Source of the DNA: Thiobacillaceae bacterium | GTDB lineage: Bacteria; Pseudomonadota; Gammaproteobacteria; Burkholderiales; Thiobacillaceae | Assembly (NCBI GenBank): GCA_041736375.1 | Contig: JBGSTQ010000423.1 | Coordinates: 1-52,579 of the forward strand | DNA length: 52,579 nt | Reading direction: 5' to 3' | In this document: piece by piece, positions 28,482 through 38,053 of the stretch | Layout: the number at the start of each line of letters is the position of its first letter | Numbering within the stretch: position 1 is the stretch's first letter | Translations under genes and position numbers: made by a program | The notes under the pieces: model-generated | Database searches by the model: none | What the model was told of the DNA's origin: nothing | Seen by the model: the letters and a program-made list of their open reading frames with translations, nothing else

Positions 28482-29881
28482 GGAGTTTCCTCAAGAAACA
28501 TGACCGGATCGCTCCCGGTTACTTCACGATCGGCGTGAACGAATTGGGTTGTCAAATCGGTCAGGCCAACCACGATCTTCTGGTTTTCCGAAGTCAGCAT
28601 TCCCGGCGCGGCATATACGCCGAAGAAATCCAGTGGCGTCTCACCCTCTCCAAGAACCAAGCCTGTCAAAGACATCATCTCGCTGAAACTGGCCGGCCCC
28701 CTTTGAAGCCGCTGAATCACCAGGTCGCGGTTGCGCATCAGGAAGTCCATCAGGCGGGCTGAACCACCTGCAATTGTGGGATCCACGGTGAAGCCATGAA
28801 CACGTTCAGGCTCTTGGGCAATTTGTTCCCGCAAGTCAGTAGCACCGACCATCATGGACGGGTGGAAAATGGTGGTGGAGAGCCCCCACGGCATCAATTC
28901 ATGTAGCAGGGCTTCGGTTCGTCGGATCGCGTCTTCGCTGCCCTGCTCAACCAAGGAGTCGGCAATGTGCAGGAAATGGATAGCCGCATTGCCTTCGTTC
29001 CTGACTCTTTGTGCCATTTCGATGAAGCGCAGGAACCTCCTGGAAAGAGATTCCACGTTTTGTAACACCAGCTCCAGGTCAGCCTGCAGATTGCCCAGGT
29101 AAAACTTGGCCTCAGTTCGCCCAGCCCAGACCGAGAAGCTGGCCTGGATGTGCTCGTTAAATACCAGTTCAATCGCGTGGCTGATGGTGACGGCCGCCGT
29201 GCTCAAGGAAGCGGCGATACTGGATCCCTCTGCTATCAGCAAGGATCTCAACTCGGCGAGAGAGGGGCGTTCCAGAACGCCCGATAGCTGCTTGCTTTTG
29301 GCTGCCAGGTCCAAGGTCATGGCTCGACAAAACACCGGGACGTCTTGGAACTGGCCTCGTTCAATGGCCTTGATCAACCTATCAGCGTCAAGGTCGCTGT
29401 ACAGCCAGCTTTCCCTCAACGATGAGACGCGAAGAAGCAGCCTGGCGTTTTCCGTGAGGTGTATCTGCGAAAACCCTTCTTCAACATCGATCAGCGGCGT
29501 GGTATCCCAAGTTCTGGCGTAAGTGATCTCGCCATCCTGTCCTGGCATGCCGTAATGGATCTCGCGGGCTTGCCCCAGGTTGGAAACGCAGTATTCGATG
29601 TCAGCGTCGGTTACTTGTGGGGCGCGCTTCCGTATCCTCGCCACGAGTTCGTTGATCGGGCAGAAGCCGATTCCCCTGTCCATTTCGATTTCATGCAGAC
29701 ACTCGATGGCGGAAAGCGCCAAGTGCAAGTTAAACCCGGCTCTTTCGGGCACATCTGGCACATAGGTGCCGCCAGCCTCCCGTCGACTCTGGTGGATGTC
29801 GATCAAGCGAGACACCGCCGCGATCAGGCGTATGTCGTGAGGCAAATTGTCTGCGGATATTGTTACCACCAGCTGTCCCAC
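28478..29881 (-). CDS. Putative Wadjet JetA/MukF-like kleisin
   Basis: First of four translationally coupled genes; IHLTENARLL...KAIERGQF segment, helical middle region. Confidence 0.6.
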   Translation of the reverse strand: MGQLVVTISADNLPHDIRLIAAVSRLIDIHQSRREAGGTYVPDVPERAGFNLHLALSAIECLHEIEMDRGIGFCPINELVARIRKRAPQVTDADIEYCVSNLGQAREIHYGMPGQDGEITYARTWDTTPLIDVEEGFSQIHLTENARLLLRVSSLRESWLYSDLDADRLIKAIERGQFQDVPVFCRAMTLDLAAKSKQLSGVLERPSLAELRSLLIAEGSSIAASLSTAAVTISHAIELVFNEHIQASFSVWAGRTEAKFYLGNLQADLELVLQNVESLSRRFLRFIEMAQRVRNEGNAAIHFLHIADSLVEQGSEDAIRRTEALLHELMPWGLSTTIFHPSMMVGATDLREQIAQEPERVHGFTVDPTIAGGSARLMDFLMRNRDLVIQRLQRGPASFSEMMSLTGLVLGEGETPLDFFGVYAAPGMLTSENQKIVVGLTDLTTQFVHADREVTGSDPVMFLEETP

Positions 29882-29994
29882 CCGATTTGATGTTGTTTGT
29901 CATGCTAACGAGGCAACGGCTCACCAGATGAGCCACTCAAAAATATTTCAACAGCAGATTCCGGATGCCCTTTTATTCATTTCGATTACGTCGG

Positions 29995-30150
29995 TCATAG
30001 TGCAAGGTCACCCCCCCGCGTAGCGCCGACATCCCAGGCATTGGCCACCAACTCAGTCAGCGCCACCTGAGGGACGTGAGCCACCTGGCCGAGCTCGCGC
30101 AGCAGGTAGTCTTCCTCGAACAGAGAGGACTGCAGGGGAGCGTTAGACAT
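29995..30150 (-). pseudogene. 5' remnant of a GHKL (Hsp90/MORC-like) ATPase gene
   Basis: MSNAPLQSSLFEEDYLLRELG...VALTELVANAWDVGAT carries the GHKL N-box (E..ANA.D) and stops about 7 codons later. Confidence 0.7.
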
Positions 30151-31308
30151 GGCTTGCAACTCCTGATTGGAAAATGCGCTCAAGCGTCGCCGGCACGAGG
30201 GCGGCATTGGCCTGGCGGATGGCGGCATGTCGAACTTTAAGTTCGGCGACCTTGGTTTGCAGGGCGTCGAAGGTTTGCTGGACTGCCAGCGGCTGGACGG
30301 GCACTTCGATGGCCATTAGCGCCGGCGCTGTGATCGTTCTGTTTCTTGCCGCTGTACCAGGTGATGCGGCATACACCTTCTGGAACCCCTCTGGCGTAGT
30401 GAAGTAGTACCAGAGGAAGCCCGGTACAGCGCAGTCCGAATTGGCTTCGCACGTGAGCATTCGGTGATTCCCGACACAACCGTCATCCTCAGGTTTCGCG
30501 ATGGCAATGGCCTGCTCCCATGCCATGATATTGCTGAAAATCAGATCGCCCGTGCGGACACGGTAAAGGTCTTGCCACGAGAAATCGCTACCGGGAACAG
30601 TGCGCCGATGAAACGTTCCCTTGTAGAAGCTCCGGACGCCAAGTTCGGTGTAATTCGCCTCCAGGACAATGCCGACGCCTCGCCGTGCCAATGGGGCGAC
30701 TTCGGCCATCGGACGATAGGGAGCACCGGTGATGGCCTCGCGGAAACGCACCGCCAGCAACCGCTCGGCATCGGCCTCAATGGCATTCAGGTTTTCAGCA
30801 ACCTGACGCACCTTGTCGGCCAGGGTGTCGAGGCGGGTGACGATGGCCTGTTGCTCAGCCAGGGGAGGCAGCGGAACTTCAATCTCGGCAAGTTTTTCGA
30901 TGCCAAGTTTCGATTACGGCCCGCCCCACCCGGCGATGCCCTTCTGATCTGTTCCAGTCCTTCAGGTGTTGCAGTCAAATAACGGCTCAGGAATGACGCG
31001 ATGGCCCGCTTAGAGTCAACGGCGCAGGTGATGAAGCGATGGGAGCCAAAGCGTCCACTATCCTCGGGTTGCGCAACAGCGACGGCACCTTCCCAGGCAA
31101 AGACATTGGAAAAAATCAGGTCGCCTGGCTCAATCCCGAACAAACGCTTGCTGCCAACATCTGTCCCGGCCAGCGCCGACTTGTGGAAAGTGCCCTTGCC
31201 GAACGAGCGAATGCCCAACTCGGGGTAAGCCCTGTCAATGTCGATCTCGACGGGGCGCCGCACGATGGGCGCAATGTCGCCAAGTTTGGCTCGCGGCCAG
31301 CGATTCAT
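30143..31308 (-). pseudogene. hsdS: Type I R-M specificity subunit, frameshifted near 30908-30910
   Basis: Two TRD halves in different frames. Adding one base after RNR restores LGIEKLAEIEVPLPPLAEQQAIV, the conserved HsdS region. Confidence 0.85.
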
Positions 31309-32480
31309 GCCTCGCCCTCCGTCTCGGGCCTGGCGAGTCGTCGCGCCTCCAGCTCCCGCCGCGACCGTTCCAGTTCCTCGGCGATCAGCCTCTCATCGGG
31401 CAGCACGGTCTGGTACTCGGCGGCGATCACCTTGTTGGGCAGGTTGTCGAGCGCGTAGTGGGCTTCCGATGCGCCTTTCCCCGCGCAGAGGATGAGGCCG
31501 ATGGGCGGGTTCTCGCCGGGCTTCATCCAGTGTTCGCGGGCGTAGTTGAGGTAGAGGTGCATCTGGCCGGCGTCGGCATAGCCAAACTGGCCGACCTTGA
31601 GGTCGATGACGATCAGGCTCTTGAGCCGGCGATGGAAGAACAACAGGTCGACCCGGAACCAGGTGTCATCCAGCCGCAGGCGGCGTTGCCTGCCAACGAA
31701 GGCGAAATCGTCGCCCAGTTCCATCAGAAAATCGGCGAGATGCTGGATCAGTGCGTCTTCCAGATCGGATTCGGAGTACTGATCCTTGAGGTTGAGGAAT
31801 TCGAGAACGAAGGGATCCTTGATGGCCTCTTCCGGCGTCATCGCGTCGTCGGGCTCGGCCGCCTCGGCCGTTTCCAGCATGGCCACCTTGTTTTTCGATA
31901 GCGCGATGCGTTCGTAGAACTGGCTGTTGACCTGCCGGTCGAGCTGGCGCACCGACCAGCCGCAGCGCAGGGCCTCGGTTTCGTAGAAGGCGCGGGCGGC
32001 GGCGTTCTTGACGGACAGGAGGCGGACGTAGGCCGACCAGGGTAACGGGAAGCGGGCGGCGAGTGAGGCAAGGTCATGGGATTGTCCAGACAGTGTCTGG
32101 ACTATTTGCGTGCCCCGCGATTCTCCAGACGCCATCTGGAGAATCGCGGAGGGTGAAAATTTTGCAGACAGTGTCTGCAAAATCTGTTCGGCGGGCCATG
32201 CCAGATAGAAGGCTCGCATCTGCCATAGGTTCTGCCGGCTGAAGCCTCGCCCGAATTGACGGGTCAGATCATCGCCCAGGCGTCTGATAAGCGCCGCTCC
32301 ATATTCGGCCCGGCCCTCGCCCCCCTGCTCGAATTCGACGATGCGCCGCCCGATTTCCCAATAGCTCGCGGTCATCAGCGCATTGACGCTACGAACGGCG
32401 GCGCGGCGTGCAGCTTCCAGCAGATCAACGATGCCGGTATGGACGTCGCCGTAGCCAGTGGGTGTCGTAAGTTGGGTCAT
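31305..32480 (-). CDS. yhcG: YhcG/DUF1016 PD-(D/E)XK nuclease-family protein
   Basis: YWEIGRRIVE, LPWSAY, WSVRQL.RQ, KDPFVLEFL, DLLFFHR.L...IDLK, GQM..YLNY. Confidence 0.92.
   Translation of the reverse strand: MTQLTTPTGYGDVHTGIVDLLEAARRAAVRSVNALMTASYWEIGRRIVEFEQGGEGRAEYGAALIRRLGDDLTRQFGRGFSRQNLWQMRAFYLAWPAEQILQTLSAKFSPSAILQMASGESRGTQIVQTLSGQSHDLASLAARFPLPWSAYVRLLSVKNAAARAFYETEALRCGWSVRQLDRQVNSQFYERIALSKNKVAMLETAEAAEPDDAMTPEEAIKDPFVLEFLNLKDQYSESDLEDALIQHLADFLMELGDDFAFVGRQRRLRLDDTWFRVDLLFFHRRLKSLIVIDLKVGQFGYADAGQMHLYLNYAREHWMKPGENPPIGLILCAGKGASEAHYALDNLPNKVIAAEYQTVLPDERLIAEELERSRRELEARRLARPETEGEA
32084..32183. repeat. Three tandem palindromes with 39-bp period inside yhcG
   Basis: GTCCAGACA-G-TGTCTGGAC, CCGCGATTCTCCAGA-N5-TCTGGAGAATCGCGG and ATTTTGCAGACA-G-TGTCTGCAAAAT, centred at 32093, 32132 and 32171. 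Confidence 0.9.
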
Positions 32481-34246
32481 GCCGATACCTCGCTGACCAG
32501 GGCCTCGATTTCCGCCAGCAAGCGCATCACGTCCTGTTCTTTGGCGCGCATCGCCGCCACCAGATCTTTCGGGTCGGCATGCTCCAGACCCGCCTTGGCA
32601 TGCGGATTTTTCAGGTCGAGGTTGTAGATCGGCCAGTAGATCGCATCGCCCTCGCGCTGGGCAGCCTTGGCGGCCTCGTCGTGCTGTTGCTGGCGGCGTT
32701 TGAGGTCGCGTTGCTCGGCTTCGACAGGCGCTTTCTTGCCTGAGCCGTTCAATGCGGTGAGTTCAAGCTCGATCTCCCGGAGCCGCTTGCCGAGCAGCGT
32801 GGCGGCCTGGCGCTCGGCCTCCGCTTGTTTCCAGATGGGCTCGGCGCGGGCCAGGGTATCGGCCTTGAGGGCGGCGAAATCGACCTTCCACGCCTGCGCG
32901 TTCCCTTCACGCTGGCCCCACCATTCGAGGCAGGAGTCAAAGTCTTCGTATCGCAGCGGCGCGGTCTTGCTGTATTTCTTGCGCCCTTCCGGCAAGGGCA
33001 GTTCGTAGTACCAGATGTCCCTGGTGGGGCCAGCGCGGTCGAAGAAGATCAGATTGGCGGGAATGTCCGTGTAGGGGGCGAAAACGCCCTGCGGCAGGCG
33101 GACGACGGTGTGCAGATTGAATTCGCGCAGCAGTTCTTCCTTGATGCGGCCTGACACGCCGTCGCCGAACAGGGTGCCGTTGGGGACGACCACGGCAGCC
33201 CTACCAAGTATGGGCTGGCGCCGTAGCTTGCGCATGATGTACTGGAGGAAGAGCAGCGCGGTTTCCGCCGTCTGCTTGTCAGCCGGGAAACCTGCCTTGA
33301 TGCCAGCCTCTTCTTCGCCACCGAAGGGCGGGTTGGTGAGGATGACGTCCACCCGCTCGCGTTCGCCTATGTCGGTGAGCTTGCCGGCCAGTGTGTTGCC
33401 GTAGGCGATCATCGGGGCTTCCAGGCCGTGCAGCAGCAAATTCATCTGCGCCAGCATGTAGGGCAGCGGCTTGGCTTCCTGGCCATGCAAGGTTGCGCGT
33501 TGCAGCGTGCGTCGGTCATCCGGGGTTTTGACCTGCTGGGCCAGGTGGTCATAGGCCTCCACCAGGAAGCCGCCGGTGCCACATGCCGGGTCGAGCACGG
33601 TCTCGCCCAGCTTAGGCGCGATGACCTCGACCATGAAGCGCACCACGGGGCGCGGGGTATAGAACTCGCCGGAATCCCCCGCCGCGTCACGCATCTCGCG
33701 CAACATCGATTCGTAGAGGTGCGATAGGGTGTGGATTTCCTCGCTGGCGCTGAAGTGGATGCCGCTGATCTTGTTGATGATGTCGCGTAGCAGGTAACCG
33801 CTGACCATGCGGTTCTGCACACCGCCGAAAACATTGGCGATCACCTCGCGCTGGCTACCCTTTTCGCCGGTGCCGGCCAGGCTCTTGAGGTAGCGGAACA
33901 GCCCCATGCCGGAACTGCCATTCGAGCGAACGGCGGTGTCCTGACCGATGAAGGCGAGCAGTTCGTCGCCGCTGATCCCATCCTCCCGCGCAGCCCAATC
34001 GCGCCAGCGGTAGGGTGACTCGATGATGGGGTGATAGGGCTGGCCATCCAGGGCTGCCTCCTCCTCGTGCTGGGTTTCCAGGTCATCGAGGAATTTCAGG
34101 AACATCACCCAGGTCAGTAACGGCAGGCGGTCGATGTCGCCATTCAGGCCTTTGTCCTTGCGCAGAATGTCGCGGGCGGACTTGATCAGGGCCGACAGTT
34201 GCTGGGCTGTGGTGAGCGGTTGTTTGGTCTTGCGGGTTCGGGCCAT
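32477..34246 (-). CDS. hsdM: Type I R-M N6-adenine methyltransferase
   Basis: GEFYTPR, DPACGTGGFL, NPPF motifs. Confidence 0.95.
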   Translation of the reverse strand: MARTRKTKQPLTTAQQLSALIKSARDILRKDKGLNGDIDRLPLLTWVMFLKFLDDLETQHEEEAALDGQPYHPIIESPYRWRDWAAREDGISGDELLAFIGQDTAVRSNGSSGMGLFRYLKSLAGTGEKGSQREVIANVFGGVQNRMVSGYLLRDIINKISGIHFSASEEIHTLSHLYESMLREMRDAAGDSGEFYTPRPVVRFMVEVIAPKLGETVLDPACGTGGFLVEAYDHLAQQVKTPDDRRTLQRATLHGQEAKPLPYMLAQMNLLLHGLEAPMIAYGNTLAGKLTDIGERERVDVILTNPPFGGEEEAGIKAGFPADKQTAETALLFLQYIMRKLRRQPILGRAAVVVPNGTLFGDGVSGRIKEELLREFNLHTVVRLPQGVFAPYTDIPANLIFFDRAGPTRDIWYYELPLPEGRKKYSKTAPLRYEDFDSCLEWWGQREGNAQAWKVDFAALKADTLARAEPIWKQAEAERQAATLLGKRLREIELELTALNGSGKKAPVEAEQRDLKRRQQQHDEAAKAAQREGDAIYWPIYNLDLKNPHAKAGLEHADPKDLVAAMRAKEQDVMRLLAEIEALVSEVSA

Positions 34247-34255
34247 GTGGTTGTT

Positions 34256-36664
34256 TTACTGGTAGAGAGCGGCTTGCAAGCGATTGATGGCCTGGCGCAT
34301 CGGCTGGATGCCGCCGAAGTGAAGATTGGCGATTTCCGACGGCTTGCCGTAACGGTCGAGGGGCTGCACCTTGAGCAGTTCCGAGATTTGGCTGAATTGG
34401 AGGATGCCGCGCTCGATGTATTTGTCGAGCAGGATGGCGAGAATGTCGCGGGCGGTGCCGCCGTACTGGATGAACAAATCCTCCGTCGCGCGCTTGGCCT
34501 GCTCGGCGCGTTGGCGTCGGGTGAGCAACGGTGCGTTCCAGGCCAGGTGGCAGAGCAGGTCGAATGCGTCGGCATCGGCCTCGCCGCTGGCGGCGGACAA
34601 CTCCTCGAAACTGATGCCGCGCTCAGTCAGTTCCTGCAGCACTTCAATTCGGGTATCCGGGTTCGCCCATTTGCTCTGAAAATCACTGCGATTGGGGTAG
34701 AGCGTGCGTAGCGCGCGGCCGGAGTATTCCGTGTATTTGACGACTTGCAGCTTCTTGCCGTCGGCGTCCAGGTCATAAACCAGATGGCCGATGACTTCCA
34801 CTTCGCCGCCGTCGATGTAGAACTTGCGCGGTTCACTGGGGGGTTCCCCGATCAGCACACCGGTGCCGGGGCCGATTTGTTCTTCCTCGGTTTCGTATTC
34901 GAACGGCGGCACTTCAGGCACGGTCTCGGTGACGCTGACCGGTTCGCCAGCCTCGTCGATCACGGCCTCCTCGATGAGGGTGGGTTCGCCGTCGAAATCC
35001 GGGTCGGCGAAGTGGCGGGTGGCGGTGCCGGTAAAATCCAGAATGTTGAAGTATTCCTTGCCGTAATCCACCTTCAGTCGCGTGCCCCGCCCAATGATCT
35101 GCTTGAACTCCGGGCGCGAGCCGACGACGCGAGCGAGGACGACATTCTTGACCATCTCCGCATCCACACCGGTGGTGAGAAGCTGCGAGGTGGTCAGAAT
35201 CACAGGGGTGGGCTTGTCCACATCCTGAAAGTTGGCGAGATGGCCGAGTCCAATGCCTGCCTCGTCGGCCGTGACGCGGCAGGCATAGTCGGGATACTGG
35301 GCCACCAGGTCGCTATTGAGGTTCACCAGCGCCTGACGCATTTCGGCGGCGTGTTCCTGATCGACGCAGAAAATGATGGTCTTGGCGAAGCGGTCGGTGC
35401 CTTTCAGGAAATGGGTGAGGTGCTTTGCGATAGTCTGGGTGCGAGCGCGCAGGGCCACGACACGCTCGAAGTCCTTGGTCTGGTATTCGTCATCCGGGAT
35501 GGGGCGACCGTAGCGGTCCAGTTCGTCCTTCGAGGGCCGCCAACCGGCAGCGTCAACGGTCGTGATGACACGATGCACCCGGTACGGCGCGAGAAAGCCA
35601 TCCTCGATGCCCTGGCGTAGGGAGTAGGTGTAGATGGGATTGCCAAAGTAGTTGTAGGTATCCCGCTCTTCCTCACGGATAGGCGTGGCGGTCATGCCGA
35701 ACTGCACCGCCGGAGAGAAATACTCCAGGATTTCGCGCCAGGAACTGTCGGCACGACTTGAGCCGCGATGGCATTCGTCGACGATGATCAGGTCGAAAAA
35801 GTCGGGGCGGTACTGCCGGAACACCTCGTTGCCAGGGGTCGACAAGGCCTGATAGATACCGAAGTACATGTCGCGGCTTTGGCTCACGTCACCGGATGCA
35901 ATCTTGTGCCGGGCATCGCCGAAAGGCGCGAACATCTTAGCCATCGGGTCGTCGACCAGGAGATTGCGATCGGCCAGGAAGAGGATCTTCGGCCGCCGGT
36001 GCTCACCTGTGCGATTCCAGCGGCTGCTCCAGAGTTTCCAGCAGAGTTGGAAAGCCACGGCAGTCTTGCCTGTACCGGTGGCCATTGTGATGAGAATGCG
36101 CTGCTGGCCGAGCAGAATGGCCTCGATCACACGTTGGATGGCGATCTGCTGGTAGTAACGCGGCACCTTGCCGGAGATCAGATTGAACGGCTCCAGCAGG
36201 TGCTTCGTCGCCGCCTCGTTAATCCCCTGCGCACCAGCCAGACGTTGCCAAAGCGCTTCGGCTGTTGGGAAGGATGAGATCTCGGTTTCGCGCCCGGTGA
36301 GGTAATCAATCTCAATGATGCGATGGCCGTTGGTGGCGTAGGCGAACTTGAGCCCCAGAATTTCTGCGTATTCCTTCGCCTGCTGAACACCATCCTCCGC
36401 TGGCCGGCTTGCATCCTTCGCTTCGACGACAGCGATCGGAAAATCACGCCGGTAGAACAGGATGTAGTCGGCCCGCTTCTGCTTGCCGCGACGGACAATG
36501 CCGCCGGTGACGATGATCCGGCCATCGGTGAAGGTGCGTTGCTCGCCGATCAGCGTGGGTGCCTGCCCCCAGCCGGCTGCATGGAGAGCAGGTGTAATAA
36601 AGAGCCTGCATGTATCGGCTTCGGTATATGCCTCTCTTCCAGCCTCTTCCATCTGCGACACCAT
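34256..36664 (-). CDS. hsdR: Type I R-M restriction subunit (EcoAI-like)
   Basis: EADT, RADY...VVEAK nuclease, MATGTGKT, DECH, TATP, QIIGRGTR. Confidence 0.95.
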   Translation of the reverse strand: MVSQMEEAGREAYTEADTCRLFITPALHAAGWGQAPTLIGEQRTFTDGRIIVTGGIVRRGKQKRADYILFYRRDFPIAVVEAKDASRPAEDGVQQAKEYAEILGLKFAYATNGHRIIEIDYLTGRETEISSFPTAEALWQRLAGAQGINEAATKHLLEPFNLISGKVPRYYQQIAIQRVIEAILLGQQRILITMATGTGKTAVAFQLCWKLWSSRWNRTGEHRRPKILFLADRNLLVDDPMAKMFAPFGDARHKIASGDVSQSRDMYFGIYQALSTPGNEVFRQYRPDFFDLIIVDECHRGSSRADSSWREILEYFSPAVQFGMTATPIREEERDTYNYFGNPIYTYSLRQGIEDGFLAPYRVHRVITTVDAAGWRPSKDELDRYGRPIPDDEYQTKDFERVVALRARTQTIAKHLTHFLKGTDRFAKTIIFCVDQEHAAEMRQALVNLNSDLVAQYPDYACRVTADEAGIGLGHLANFQDVDKPTPVILTTSQLLTTGVDAEMVKNVVLARVVGSRPEFKQIIGRGTRLKVDYGKEYFNILDFTGTATRHFADPDFDGEPTLIEEAVIDEAGEPVSVTETVPEVPPFEYETEEEQIGPGTGVLIGEPPSEPRKFYIDGGEVEVIGHLVYDLDADGKKLQVVKYTEYSGRALRTLYPNRSDFQSKWANPDTRIEVLQELTERGISFEELSAASGEADADAFDLLCHLAWNAPLLTRRQRAEQAKRATEDLFIQYGGTARDILAILLDKYIERGILQFSQISELLKVQPLDRYGKPSEIANLHFGGIQPMRQAINRLQAALYQ

Positions 36665-36828
36665 CTCCCTTGTCTTGCCAGAAACAGCCCGCTTTTCAGA
36701 AGTGGGCAAATTTGCACATTATCAACGTTTATGAGCAGCCTAAACTCTGCGTCTCACCTGACTACAAGTCACCTTCGGACTTCTTCGAATAACAACGTAG
36801 TCTTGCCCAGCACCTCTCCTTCAAAGCC

Positions 36829-36853
36829 CAGAGCCCGCGCAAGGCGGGCTCTG
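36829..36853. terminator. GC-rich hairpin downstream of the 37005-38018 gene
   Basis: CAGAGCCCGC-GCAAG-GCGGGCTCTG perfect 10-bp stem. Confidence 0.45.
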
Positions 36854-37004
36854 TCTGTCCATCAGGCAGAACGTGGCTTACGCCACATCCTTGCATCCTC
36901 CAGGACGGGAGGACGTGGGGGTTCTCGATGCCTGTTCGAGTCCCTGGTGCGCGGGGGAGGGAATCCCTGGAGAGTAGCCGCCGCCGCGCCGGCTTGTTCA
37001 GTAT

Positions 37005-38018
37005 CTATTTGCGCTTCTTCTTGCCCGTAGCCAACTGCTCAACCAATTCACTTTGCCTGGCCAGCTTCTTCTTGGCCTCCTTGACCATGTGCTCATAGCG
37101 CAGCAAGGCACTCAGGCGCGGGCGAATAAGTTCATTCTTCCATCGCGTCACTGTGGCTTTCGATGCGCCCAACAGAGTGGCGAGTTCGAGGCTGTTGTCA
37201 TACGGCACACCGAGTTCCCTGGCCCAGCCGGCGAGTATCTCCGGCATGGCAATGCCATCATATTGCGTCCTGGCGGAGTCCAGGGTGTTGCCGTTGTTGT
37301 CAGCCAAGTCTCGGGACGCCTTCATCACCCAGTCCGGAATGGCTGCCCGGCCGTATTCATACGACGCCAGTCGCGGCATGCCAATACCCAGCGCATCGGC
37401 AAACTCCGCCTGGGACATATCCAGCCCTTTGCGGATATCGACCAGATCCTGGTTGTCCGCTGACAGAACCCGCTGCGCGGGTGGTCTCTTCTGGATTACA
37501 GGCAGGCACGCCTTCTCATGCATGGCAGTGGCGGCTTCCTTCACGCAAGGCAATCTCAAGGTATGCATGGCCAGCTTCGATCCCTCTTCCGATTCGTTCA
37601 TCGCAGCATTATATAAACGACGTCTGATTTCCAATATACCAATACGTCTATCAATATCGGACAACACCCCATCGTCGGTAACAATGGGCGTGCGTCGATC
37701 ATCTTGTTCGGGGGAGGAGCTGTCGGTTATGTCGGATTCGGCGGTCTCCCTGACCTTGCCGCGCATCTGGAACGCCGTGTTCCTGGCGATCACCAAGAGA
37801 TAGGGTTCCAGAGCGACGCCCGGCTCGTAGTTTTTCAGCACCGATTTGTCAAAGGTCAGCCAGAGTTCCTGCGCGAGGTCGTCGGCATCCACGCCACGGA
37901 CCTTCCATGCAGTCGCCTTGGCCAAGCGCTTGAGCAAGGGGTACACCGTGGCGGCCAGCGCCTCTCGCGAGAGCTGTCCGCCACGGAACTTGAGCAAGGC
38001 ATCAACAGGGTTCACCAC
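37005..38018 (-). CDS. Regulator: sigma-70 region-2-like N terminus fused to two XRE-type HTH domains
   Basis: DADDLAQELWL...YLLVIARN; MSQAEFADALGIGMPRLASYEYG; ELATLLGASKATVTRWKN...P. Confidence 0.65.
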   Translation of the reverse strand: MVNPVDALLKFRGGQLSREALAATVYPLLKRLAKATAWKVRGVDADDLAQELWLTFDKSVLKNYEPGVALEPYLLVIARNTAFQMRGKVRETAESDITDSSSPEQDDRRTPIVTDDGVLSDIDRRIGILEIRRRLYNAAMNESEEGSKLAMHTLRLPCVKEAATAMHEKACLPVIQKRPPAQRVLSADNQDLVDIRKGLDMSQAEFADALGIGMPRLASYEYGRAAIPDWVMKASRDLADNNGNTLDSARTQYDGIAMPEILAGWARELGVPYDNSLELATLLGASKATVTRWKNELIRPRLSALLRYEHMVKEAKKKLARQSELVEQLATGKKKRK

Positions 38019-38053
38019 CAGTCACCGTCGTCTTATGACGTTGCCGTCAAGGC

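Noticed and set aside
36860-37000. tRNA-like or ncRNA element (GTTCGAGTCCC and several hairpins)
   Set aside because: A T-arm-like string is present, but I could not build a cloverleaf.
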